A stretch of 64,000 nt of DNA from Antedon mediterranea. Its lineage: Eukaryota > Animalia > Echinodermata. A program made the translations under genes and the position numbers. The stretch's first letter is position 1. The number at the start of each line of letters is the position of its first letter. Below the pieces are notes generated by a model, which had not been told where the DNA came from, made no database searches, and worked only from the letters and a program-made list of their open reading frames with translations. Positions 1 through 13,800 of the stretch are shown here, one piece after another. Location: NCBI RefSeq assembly GCF_964355755.1, contig NC_092678.1, positions 22,957,365 to 23,021,364 of the forward strand, in the 5' to 3' direction.

Positions 1-189
1 ACAATTAACATTTATTATTTAAATGTTACCCTTTCACACATACAAAATGAAGTGGTGATGATTGAAAAATAAATAGGTATTGCTGGTTTGTTGGGTATCT
101 GAGGGGAAATAATTGTTTTATCATATAAATAATATTAATACTTTATATTAAATAATAATATGGAATGAAATAAAATTATATCATTGTAG

Positions 190-1805
190 GCTCTGAGGAG
201 GAAGTGAGACTACGAGAGTTGGCTACTTTTATAATTGGTGCAATTGCGAAGATTCTACGAGAAGAAGGCCGATACAGTGAGGCTGAACAAATAGTTGAGA
301 AAATACATCAGAAAGTTGGAATATTTGGTAATACTGTATATACAATATATATCTTTAAAACAAACATATCTCTTTACTGAAGGAATAAAAATGCGTGTCT
401 AGGGTTACCTCTTGGATTACATTTTTTTTACTGTAACTGTGTTTTTGCATTTGTCAAAGCTGTAGCAAGAAGTTAAAAACAGACTAGGCAAAGATGCTTT
501 TATGACAATTTGTGCTGGGGAATTGGGGTGGGTGGTGAAAATTGAGAATTTCCGACAAGGCGAGCGTTTCCTCATGCTGGCTACGGCCCTGTTTGTTATT
601 TTAATGGTACAGGTAGATAGGCGACTATAAAGTTTGTAGTATAATATATAACAGATGTCAGACAACCAAATTCAACTTTACAAAAATGTTGTTTTTTTTC
701 TGAATAAAGAACATAATAATGGTTTGAAATATCACATACTGATTCCTATGTTAAATATGTTTTTTTAAAAAGATCCATGGCACCATCGACGAAGAAGATC
801 AACAATGTCACATGTCAAGTTGCAACGTTACGAAAGAGATATTGTAGTCTTGCTCGGAGCTTTAGGAAACGCAGCTCATCCGAAATCAGCCGATTACATC
901 TTAAGTTTTACGAATTCAACGGACATTCCAAAATACTTCCAAGAATCTGGGCTGCATGCGCTTGAGAATTTTCATACACCAGAGGTGAGATGTGCTCTTC
1001 AATACATATTATATAATACCTAAATAGATTTGATTGGATGATTATGGGTCACACGACATTTCACTTGGCCTGTAGCGTCGTGAAAATATAAATATAAGAT
1101 ATTCATCTTTCACCTCTTGAAATTATTTATACCATTGCACTCATAAACATTTATTATTTGTATAATATTAAATGGTACCAACATCTACTTTGTATGTGTC
1201 AGAAAGAGATTACAGTCTTATTTTTCTTGTCGTAGAAAGGAGTTTTTAAAAAACAATATAATATATGTACAATATTTTAATGCTAATTATAAATTACCCT
1301 TACAAACTTTTATATACAGGAACTTTACTATACTTCAGTGGTTTATTTTAGTTATCAGTACTTATCATGGCTTTTATTTTCTAGGCTGCTGATGCACTTG
1401 TTAGGGCGTGGAAAGCGGAGACAAATCCAAACTTTAAACGAAGCTATAAGAAACTATGTAAAGAGAATCCTGTTGCACACAGCCTAGCATTAAGGTACGT
1501 AAAGCAGAATCAGCAACCGATTAAAAAGGACATTTCAGATGTTGATTAATAGTGTCGAATATAATCTTATTTTGATTTTAATTTTAGAACGGAGCCTGAT
1601 TTTAATGATAGTTTTGTTAAGATAGAGCCAGGTCAATCACTTAATCAGACGGGACATATTCATAGCAGAGGAAAGCGGTCTGCGCGAAAGGCATTGCAGT
1701 TGTTAATACCTTTGATAGAACATTTAACAGACAAAGAAGAAGGAGATAGGTTTATTGGAGGGAATTATGGCGGCACATCAAGTTCTACAATGGATATACT
1801 CTCAG
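190..1805 (+). CDS. Exons encoding a lipoprotein/vitellogenin N-terminal-like alpha-helical segment with two furin-type sites
   Basis: Translation includes ELATFIIGAIAK and DIVVLLGALGNAAHPKS, resembling the LxALGNAGHP motif of large lipid transfer proteins. HRRRR-S is in exon 773-984 and RGKR-S is in exon 1588-1805. Confidence 0.55.
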
Positions 1806-4800
1806 GTAGTAAAGTTATCATAACTTATTGAAAGTAAAAGAGGTATTTACCCTCAAAAAGGCGTATGAGTTCAATAAAAGTTATCAACCAACATTCGCTG
1901 TTTTGAGGTTCTATCCTTCCCAGATGTTTTACAGTCTCTTGCATAGTGCTCAAAGCCCCTAAACGCTTTACATTACTACCCCAATCATTGGATCAATACA
2001 TATGGACAGCTCCCATAATCTTGCAGCTAGCACAGCTAGTGCAGTTGTGTTTTTATCATACCAGGTGTCCATTTTGACACCTGGGTGGAGAGAGGCAAGT
2101 AAAGTATAAAGGACATAAGCAATGATGATCCCAAGACGCACTTTTTAAGTCATAGTGTCTCTAATTTAAAGCGCTGTTTACACTATCAAACTAGTTTGAC
2201 AAAAAATATGGTAGTGATATGATTTTTTTTGTCACATAAAATTTGATAGTGTAGACAGAGCTTTAGACATTATTATTTTTGTTTGCATTTTGCAGATCCA
2301 CAGGCAACCACATCAATATATGATATCTCCACATTTGGAGCTTTTAAGTTTTTACTCAGAATGTTTAGTCCATATGAAAACTTTAGGGCATCGTTTCAAG
2401 AGGCTCACTTACATTTGGCATCATTGTACAATATGAATATATTAGAGGTAAATTAATACTTTTTCCTTGCCTTGGAATAGCTTAGGTCCCTGTACTGAGT
2501 ACCAAAATGTACAGTTATAATAGCTGTATTAAAAGACAACTATGACCGAGGACCATATTTTAACAACGTATTAGGGATGTACATATGATTTCAGAACAAT
2601 CGCGAGAATAAGGATATCGCCGCACACGCTTGCCGTACAGCCGTGTCCGTAAATTGCTGTGACGTCACAGGTACATGGCAAAATTTACGTCATGGCAAAG
2701 TCTGGCAAATCGCGAAAATTTCTAGCAAACACACTTTGTAAATAAATCGTAAAAATATAAATGTTGATTTTTTTTATTGTTTCTTTTGCTTATCTGTACT
2801 CATTAAGTAGATTTTGCGATGCACCTGTGACGTCACAGTAATTTACGGCGACGGTTGTACAGCGAGCGCGTGCGACGATATCCTTAATCTCACAAATTTT
2901 CTGAAATTATATGTACATTCCTATAACATTGTAAAAATATGGTCCTCGGTTAAGTTTTCCTTTAAATGCTCAGATATCCAAGGTTAAAAAATAGCTTAGG
3001 CCTACTGTAAGTACCAAATATGCACTGTAATAATAGCTGTATCACTGAGAGATCTGAGTTTTTAAAATAGACTAGGCCTCCTGTACAAAGTACCAAAGAT
3101 GTATTGTTACCTAGTGATGAGGTCCAAGTTTAAAAATAAGGTAGGCCATACATGCAAACTTGAGACAAGCACAAACCTTTCTTGTGTTGGCAATTGCTAG
3201 TACAATATATTTTGTCAAGAAAAATTTATCAAATCTTTTTCAAATAACAAGATAATTCGGAACATTTATTTTATTTGTATTAAGGATTACGGAGTGGATG
3301 TGTTAGCAAACGCCATACGCCGATTGGATCAGCTTCTCTCGTGGCTCATCCCTAAACTTATAGATGCCATCAATATGGTTATTGGCTCATTAAACTTAGG
3401 ACTGGACTTGTCTGTTGGAAAACTCGTAGACTGTTACCTGATTCTGTTAGATGAAACAACGGTAAGGAATATGGTCTACTACATGTCTTTCTCTATTTAT
3501 AAAGTATTGTATTGCAACTTTTCTTGCCGGCCTCAGAAACTGATTTCAATTTGTGAGAAAATTGTTTGTGTAATATTCATGCAAGATCAGTTGTACAATA
3601 AAACACACATTTCTCACACAAACTACACAGTGATGTGTATTATTTAATGATTATTTAGAATACAGTTGAACTTCTTATTCAGGGGACACCCCTATTATAT
3701 GGGCACTTCTCTATGAAACGAACAAGAGGCAATATATATTGTATTAAAGCCAACCCTTATTCAGGGCACACCCCTATTAAGGGGATACCTCATTGACTCC
3801 TTGGGTCCTGAAGGTGTCCTCTTAATAGAGATCCTACTGTATTACCATTTACAGAAACTGCCATATGCTGAGGTTCTGGATGAACTTGGAGTAATAGACC
3901 TCGACAATGTCCCTGAGGAGATTTTAGTTGCTGTCTACTTAATTCGAAATGGGGAACAACTAACTGCAGATGTTAAGGCAGACCTTATTCAGTATTTGGA
4001 GGTATTTATATTTATCTGTTTCACAAACTTGTTTCTTTTTTTGGCGAACAAGTTTTTATTTTTTTTTTCAATTATACATTTATACATGAACAGTTTTAAT
4101 AATCAATAATTTTAACATAAATTGAATAATCAAGAACATAAACAAACTGTTGATAGGACCACAAACTAGGAGGCGGAGCCTTGTCTCGTGAGGACCCTGG
4201 AAAGAACAACTAAAAGATGTATGCTCTACTTTTAATTTTTGTGAATATATAAAGATTTTGATTAATTTGAGACTAAATTTCATTTGATGTTAACTTTATC
4301 TTTGCAAAAGATAGGTTTAATATATACTCTGCCGTGCATAGTTAATTAAATGTACTATTTTTATATTAATTGCCTATTGTATACATATATTTTTTTTAAT
4401 GAATTTTAACTTTGTGGCATTTGTTAGTCTTTTTCTTTTTTAGATAATAAATATACCTGAATTACTTGTTAAATGTTGTTGCTATTGCATTTATATTATG
4501 TTAATGACCATTTTATGTATCAATGGTAATATTTGTTTATTTTGTCTAGGAATACATGGGGCAGTTTCTAGTTGAACTTCCATGGGATGTCCAGCAAATT
4601 TACAAAACCGTAAAAGCTATGAAAGCTATTGTAGAAAATTTCCACGACAATCCTAAAGAAGCTATTACTGACCTTCTGAAGATGTTTGATAAGTATGAAC
4701 TTAAAATTGATTTCATTTTATCCAATTTCTATAAAGATTGTTGTTGTTTGTAAGATATAGTATTTGTAATAATTTCACATAAAAAATCCTTATTCCAAGA

Positions 4801-7800
4801 TTATTAACGAAAAGATTTACAAGGTTTTCTTATTTTGATGCTGTCAGTGTCACCTGTTAAATTCATTGTCGTATTGCATTGTTTTATTACTAAGTAAATT
4901 CTATTGTTTTTGTTATAAATTGGGAAAATCATAATTTTTTTTAGGACTGAACAAGCATTGAATAAGTTTACAGAACAAAAAAAAAGAATTGAAGAGAAGA
5001 TTCAAAGTTTAAAAGGTAAGCATAATGTCTAAAATAAACTATTTAAGAAGTAAGTACAGTATGTACTAACTAGATTAATATTGCATACAAATTCATTTTG
5101 TAGAGGGAGAAGATTGTTAATGAGGAGAAGATTGGCCAACCTATTCAGGGGACACCCCTATGAAGAGAAAACTTGGCTCCTGAACAAGTTGGCTATAGTG
5201 TTAAAACATATACTGTAGTTCCCTCTCACTCATTTCAGTAATAGGGGTAATCCCCTGAATAGGAGTGTCCTCTGAATAAGTTGTATGTATTGTTAAAACA
5301 TATAGTTCCCTCTCACAGGTCTTCAGCCAGAGTGGTACAAAGATATTAGAAATGTTGTAGAAGAAAAGAAAGCATTAATAAGAGAAATCGATGAAAAGCT
5401 TAGAACAGAGCTTGAGGATTGGGCAAATGAGGTAAGTTTACAATGATATGATGTATTCTTCTGAATGTTTGTATCTCATTTGCCTCGTCCTCCGCATAGG
5501 ATGTAAAGCTGTTGATCCCGTGTACTAATAGTTTACGTTCTCCTAGTGTGCTGGTAGGCACTGCACTGCTGGCTGCCGTGGGTCGTAGACGGCCTAATCC
5601 GAATTTCCTCAGTTTCCAGTTAAGCTCAAGGACCTGTATAAATACCTTTACTTTTATTACTTTGGCAACTTTATCATGATACAATATAATTGATGATGAT
5701 GTTCTTTAAAAATCTATGCCTTATATTTTTGTAAATCTTCGGTAATGAAACAGGATTAGTTTGAATGTTAGTTTCCTTTGCATAATATAAAAATTATTTA
5801 TAATTTAGAACATTCAACAACGGAAGATCTTAAATCTGGTTAGAACTGCTTTGAACCGGACCAATGACACGCTCGCGAAGATCAAACAGATCTCAGAACC
5901 TTTCAAGGAAGCTCTCAGCAACTTTACTGCCCGGATGGAACACCTAAACGAAACAGTCATAAACATCTTAAAAGGAGTGTAAGACACAATTGTAATTTTT
6001 AAATATTAATTACATTTTTTATAAGTAGTTTATATCAGCTGCTGCTTTTACGGATTTTTTTTAGAGATTTTCCAACTGATATAAACTTCTTAAATAATTG
6101 TAAAACATTTGCAAAATGTGTTAATTTAATTAAATTTCATATTTATTTTAATAGCCAAATAGCATGGACCTTACAAACACAAAAAAAAAACAGCATTTTG
6201 TGTAGTTGTATAAAATACAAGATGATAACATAATAAAAAATGTGTATTTAATAATTTTTTAATTTCTAACTTAATTATTTGCTTAGTACAATGACATTAT
6301 TTACACATGTTTTTTCAATTTATGATATAACAGGATTGACAGCGGACGATTTGAAATTGAGGAGATTTTTGGTGTTCGTTTCCATCAAACCTTTCCACGA
6401 GTCTTCCGTGAGCAATCTGATATTTGTCCAGATGATGGTTTTTATCCCACTACAAATTCTTATAGATTCAGCGACTATGGAGTAGACTTACTAATTGGAA
6501 AAAATCAACCGGTAAAACATTTAAAATAAAATACAATAAATGGTGTTTGAAAGAAGTCATAAAACTTATTTACGATACTGCAACCAAGGCAATCTATCAA
6601 CAGGATGCTGAGCTCCAAAGATCAAAGGCTTCATCTGTGGCTGCGACATTATCAGTTCTATGTTGCTCGGAGAATATGTACATAGTACAGTACTGTTGGT
6701 ATTTTCGCAGCAAGACATAAGATCAAAGGACTGTTACGAGTTCCTATCTTGGCAATGAAATCTCAGTGTCCTGTTATTAAGCTCTGTCTACTCTATCAAA
6801 CTTTTTATGACAAAAAAATTTGATGTGCCCATATATGGACATGATGATGTCATATCACTATACCATATTTCGGCATATCACTACCATGTTTGGACACATC
6901 AAACTTTTTTTGTCAAAACAGTTGAGGACATACAAATAATTAGTCTTTGAGTAAATGCTTAAAATTACTATTAAAAAAAAAACATCCCTTTTTGTGATTT
7001 TTTATTTACTCAGAGTTTACGTTTGTTCTTTAAATTATTTATTTTTTTGCAGATTGTAACTCCTCTGTCAGGTTTTATTACCTTACTGGGTAATGAAAAA
7101 ATCCAACTTGACATCACAAGTGGTTCAATAACAGATACCATCTTGACCATTGACAACATACTGCCACAACAATGGGTGTCTGATACACCAGTCAAGGTAT
7201 GCATATTGTTTTCTTGTATTTTGTTCCCTTGTTTCATTATGGTCTGTTTGTACGTTTCTTTTTCAAGGGTTTGCATGTGATAAGAAATAATTTTCTTTAA
7301 TACATTATAATACAACTTGTTAAATCTTTCATATTTCTCATATTGTATTGGAATTGTTAAAATGTTTTAAATGTACACCAACAAAAGATGCAATATAGTT
7401 GATGTCTTTTATACTAGAACAATAACAAACAAACAATAAAAAATAAATAATAAATAAAAATAAACAACAAAGGATGTTAGATAAATTTTCATCCCAAAAC
7501 TATTATGGATAACCATTTACTGTCTTCAATAAAAATAATGTCCCATCAATAGGAACAATGCATATGATCACAACATCATTTAATAGGACAGAAGACAAAT
7601 CTTTTGTACAATAGTTCTAGGATGAAACTTGAATAGTTATTTTGTCTAACTTTCTGTAGGAAAAATGAATGTTTTAGTTATCTTCATTTTTTTCATCCTA
7701 GTATAAAACAGGTCTTCAACCTGTTCTGATTAGTTTAAAAATCAAGCAATTGCTGTCTAGAACCATGAAGAAATCAATGTTCTCCATGCTGGAACCAACA

Positions 7801-10800
7801 GACCGATGCAAAAATATTTTATTAAATGTTTTCAATTACTTTTTTTTAAACTAAAATCTAATAGAATTTCAGTCTGAAATAATTGTTTGTTTTTGTTATT
7901 TTGTCAATTTTAGGTCTACAAAGGAGATGGGATAGGATTCGCTTCAAGGTCAAATTGTCAACCAAATAACTATATTCACGTTGTTATGAAGAAACAAAAT
8001 AACGGTGAAACTGGTTACATAGATCCATCGCCATTTCTAGAGAAAGTTGATCTGAAATGTCCAAAGTTTGACTTTGGAAGAAACTCTTATTTGATCAAGT
8101 ACAAGGTGTGGCCTTTTTTATATATAATTATTTTACTAATATTTATTAATCCAAAGACAATTGGAAAAACAACAATGCTGTCAGTAGCTAGATCTCAATG
8201 GAGATGCAAATAAAATAAGCACTGAAAAAAATGCTATTGGATATCAGTGGCTGGATCTCAGTGGAGAAACAAACAAAATAAATAGAAAGCTAAATTTAAA
8301 AAATAAAGACCAAAAGCTAAATCAAAATGGTAAAGTAAAAGAAAGAAATGAATTTATGGTTTTAGTTATGTTTAAATAAAGGTACAATAAACAAAAACAA
8401 AATTCTTGCCTCATAATGTTATCTCTTTAGCAATACAATAAAGTTGCACTATTTTATATATATATATACAGTCAACTCTCCCAATACCGGACTCTCTGAA
8501 AACCAGAAACTCTCCCAATACCAGACTTTTTTTGAGGACCAAAAGGTCCCAAATTTATTTTTACCATTAAAAACACATTCCGAATACCAGACTTTCCGGA
8601 AAACCAGACTTATTTGGCCGGCCCAAAGGTGTCCGGTATTGGGAGAGTTGACTGTATATGTTTTTAAAAGTGTTTTAAATGTATTTTTAGAAGCATTTTT
8701 AATGTATTAATTAAAACTATTTTCTATCTGTACCTTGTCAAGGAAGACAATGTTGTGCTCTTGATTTATCTTATTACATTGTTAAGCTCTGTTTACACTA
8801 TCAAACTTTATGTGACAAAGAAAATGTGATGTGCCTATATATGGACATGATAATGTCATATCACTACCATATTTGGGCACACTTTTTATGTCAAACTAGT
8901 TTCATAGTGTAGACAAAGCTTTAGTAGCGTTAATTTAATAATGTACTGAGTTATAATATTCTATTATTGTTGCAGGGGATTACTATTATGAAAGAAAATC
9001 TGATTCCAACTACACCATACTCTGAAGATTCTACTCCAGCCAGATCATCTCCACCACCTACAGACACGATCCCAATTGAGCAACATGCAGTTTTAACAGC
9101 TGGAGCTTCCATACAGAGTATAAACTTTTATTTATAATTATTATTATTATTATTATAAGTAATTCATATTAAGGAGATTTAAGTTTCTTTATTGGCTTTT
9201 CTTGTATGTTTTCCAGTCTCAATTTATTTTCAATGTTTACTAATGGTTTTACAATGGTTTAAATTTACTATACCTCAAGTTCACTTCTCTAATTTCACGG
9301 AAAATCTAAGACACTGCTGCCAATATTGGTGGAAAATAGAAATAGAAATAGGTCACAAGTTAAGATATGTTTTTATTGGTTCAATTTAAAATATTATGAA
9401 AACAGGATATAAAAAACATACAATATGAAATAGCATACCTTATATTTGAATTACTAATCTTTTATTTCATGTCACTTAAGGTCCAGCAACGTTTTCATCT
9501 GTCATTGGTTTACCTGAGCCTACCTCTGCTGGTCCTTCATTGGGGTCGTTCAGCTTTGCTGATATTTCAATGTGTTCAGTTATGGAAGCAATTGAGCTGT
9601 TGAAAGATAACAAACTTAAACAGAAAGTTATTGATACCTTGATTGACTTTAAGGTAATCAAAAATATTTATTGGAATAAAAAATGTTGGAATAATAGTAA
9701 AGTTACAGAATAAACAATATTCTGTTGGAGCAACTTTTTTTTTACTGTAATAGAATATGATTTTAAATTGTTACAATGTAGACGTTTATATTTGTTTGGT
9801 CATGCTTGCCAAAAAACAATAGTACAGTATGATTTACATTAAAAATTATTTCTTAAAAGGTAGTAACATCGAAATTGAGTTAAAATCAATTAATAAAATA
9901 ATAATGATACTACGTTCTATTTATTTCCTATCAGTCTAAAATCGATGGTCTCCAGAATTTTCTACCAAATCAACTCACCGACGATTATTTGAGAACACTT
10001 CTACAAGAAAGAGGCTTGCCAATATGGGGCGACCGGTTAGAACTATTGGCCAGATTTAGTCAACCAGACAACTGTAAGATTTAGATACCTTTTTAAAATT
10101 TGTTTGTCATTCTATCTCTGTTACTTTTTCAAAATCAACTCTTTTAACATAGAAAAACATTTTACAATATTACTAAACATTGTTAATATTCGAACATACT
10201 AATTGTTAATTATAACACACCCAAGTAGATTCTTGTCATTTGATTGTGGGTCACATATGATATTAAATATTACACTAGCACTATCAACGTTGTAAACAAT
10301 GAAGTACTGCAATTTTGCGGTGGGAATCTAATTGCACTCATAAACATGAATTCTTTGTATAGTTTTATACAAACAAGATATAAATTGATGTTTTACTGAG
10401 TTTGTATCTAATATATCAACAGTATGCCCATTGCTGATGGTGGCTATGCGAAGAACGGACTACTGTCGATTTGAACGTAACTGCTTAGGTGTCGAGTGTC
10501 GTATTCCGATAGAATACAAATCAAACGTATATCCTCTGACTGTGTTTGTCCGCTATAATCCTGATACTGAAGAACTTGATATAGGACTAGGGGAACACAA
10601 CATTACAAATATCATGCCAGATCCTCTTGGTAAGCAAACAGGTTGATTTTTTATTTATGTACTATTTGTTCTACGCTAGTTATTAAGAATCCATATCAAA
10701 CTCTATTGCAGTTTATACTGCAGTAATTACTTTTGACTGTTTAGTAAGCTATACACTAGGAATATATTGCAGTAGCAAAATTTAGTTTACTGCAGTAACT

Positions 10801-13800
10801 TCAGTATAAAAAATGACATGATTGTTTTTTGAATTTTCAGAAATATCAAAGGAAGTAGTTCTATTAGAAGGTGGGTGGAAACAATTTGGCAAAGAGCTCA
10901 TTGTTGGGTAAGAACGTGATTTCATAAACTCTTTATTAAGCCTACTAATACTTTTCATCCACTATTCATTTTAGTGTCTTTTCTCTTCTCTTCTTCTTTT
11001 TTAAGGAGCAAACTTCATAGTTGAAGGCTACTGCTCCACTAAGGGTCCCATTGTGACATCGGCAGCTAACTACGGCGCCAATGCGTCTGTCCACGACAGT
11101 GTGTGTGTATGAATGAACTAGTACACCGGGGTAACCCCCTACTCATCTCGAAAGATGTACTAGGTTCTTTAAAGTGCACATGAGCCAGATGTACACTGGA
11201 CCTACGGTTTATAGTCCTTATCCGAGAAGAATTTTAATATATAGCTTGAGTTTTGCCTTCTTGATAGACTAGCAACTTATTTCTATATAATTTTGTATTT
11301 CTGACATGCTAACCTACCTACTTTAATTGTAAACAGATATTCGGCAGGTTTAGAAAATGGTGAACTGTACATAGATATGAAGTGTCAGCTGTGTTCAGTC
11401 TCTGATCGTGATGACTGTGAACCTGTCAAAGACATATTAACAGATATGCTCATTCCAATACCATTCCGTTATCCTAATGGTAGTTTAGCATGGAAAGACA
11501 GTAAGTAATAACATTATCTCTCATAGGATGTATTCCACTTTGGGGAATTAGGGGGCTATCCCCGGTACCGTATAAAATAATTGTTTTTTGTTTGTTCTTG
11601 TACGATATATGGTATCCAAATAAATCACATCAAATCTACCAACATTTTGGGAACACACAAGAATAAAAAACTGAAAAGTAAATTAAGTGAACAGCAGCTC
11701 TTATCATAATCACAAGGCCTACCAAGTTGATTAAACAATTGAATGCTTTGTCCCCATAAACATGAAAAATAAAAATGAATAAAATAGTTTTCACTTTGTT
11801 AGGTGAATAATTGTTTTTCAAATTTTTAGTCAAACTGAATAATTATATGTGACATTAAAATGGCCTATTCAACACAATTTTTTGTTAAATTATTTTTGTA
11901 ATTTTTATAATTATTAACATAATTTTGCATTATTAGTAACTGATTATTAATTTTAACACTACTAATATAAAGTTTTCTTTTATTACAGTAAATATTAAAA
12001 ATTATTTCGCACGGTCTGCCATGCAGCGTTTATTCGAAACAACCGAACTTCCCAAAGATGGCGCCATCGTATATATAAAAGATAAAGTGGTAGAGTTCTG
12101 GCAGGGTCAGCTTGATAACGGAGTGGAGTTTATTAATGGTCTTCTGAATGTCCAATGGACACTTGATTTATCTACCATGTCAGTTGCTACGTTTGATGAA
12201 GAAGCAAAAGAAGAAGAAGAAGGTTAGTAACGTTAAGCATAAATTACATTTTAATATCTAATACTGTTCACAACTGTCTTTAATTTTGTCAAAGCACAGT
12301 AAAACCAATCTTTAGGACACCCATTATTTTAGGGGATACTTCTATTAAGGGGTTACTTCTATTAAAACAAATGAGAGGTCATCTGTATAATGTTCTAACA
12401 CTATAACCAACCCCCATTCAGGGCACACACTTATTAAAAGTCAGTTATTATGCTACAACTGTTCCAAACTTGCATTTCAGGAATCACATTTTGTACCATA
12501 ACTTTATTAGTGTTTATCAACATACAAACTTTTAAACAATAAGAAGATTGTTACTTTGATGAAATTAAATTATCTTATATTGATGTAGTTTAGTGAAAAT
12601 ATTAACCTAATTTTTTGCAAATCAATTTGTTATATAGACTTTAAATTGCGATAAGATAATATGTGCCAAAATAATTATGTTTACAGTACAGAAACAATCC
12701 TTAAGCTCTGTCTACACAATCAGTTTGTTTGATGTGTCCAAATATGGTAGTGATATGCTCAAATATGGTAATGACATGACATCATCATGTCCATATATGG
12801 CCACATCACATTTTTTTGTCACGTAATGTTTGATAGTTTAGACAGGGCTTTACAAATAGTGTTAGTTATGTTTATGTCTCATACGTAGATAAAAGAACTA
12901 GTAGACGAACCAAGGCACCATTCAAACTGAAGAAAATTGCAAATACTATCGACGAATGTCCAGCTGTAAAAGGTGAGTTTTAAAAATAGTGGTGTTTAAT
13001 GTGTAGAAATAAATGTGTGAAGTGACCATGCATGTGTAGGTAAAGTTTGATTGAGCTTGGTTCCCACTAGGACGCAATGAATGATGTAAGCACAACACAA
13101 GCAAATTGACCAATCACAATCTAGCTAATCCGTCTCTTTCTGATTTGTGAAGCATCACACTTATCTTGTTGCGTTGCGTCCTAGTGGAAACCAAGCTTTA
13201 AAGTAAATAATGTAAAGCAAGCACAAACAGTTACAAAATCTAAAGCTTGGTTCCCACTAGGATACAATGCAATGTTGTAGGAGCACAACGCAATTGAGTT
13301 AACCAATCACAAGCAAGAGTTTAGATGATCCATAGCGATTGGTCAAATTACTTGCAATGCACTTGCGTCATTGCATGTTCTATAACTTCATATTATATAG
13401 ATGCAAATAACAGTTATTTCTGTTTTTAGAACTTTTTTCTGCAATTGTTCCTGACCTTAGCATTCTTCCTCGTGGTTTTAATGGTAGTCTTAGAGCTGTT
13501 GGACGGGGTTTAACAGGTTGGTTGATGCATATTTAAATTACTATTATCATTGCTTATTATTGTTTTCTTGTATACTATCATTAAAAATATTAAAATTATT
13601 TTCATTGATAACTTTTTCTGATTGGTTTTTAGAGAATGGAGTATTAGCATTCCTTGTTAAAATTATGAATATGACGATTGAAGATTTCGAGGCGACAGTT
13701 GACTTGCATAATATTGTATCAACAAAATTACAAGATGTTATGATGTCATTTGCTAAAAAATATAAAGATAAGGTTAGCATTATTTAAGCCTTGTTCTACA

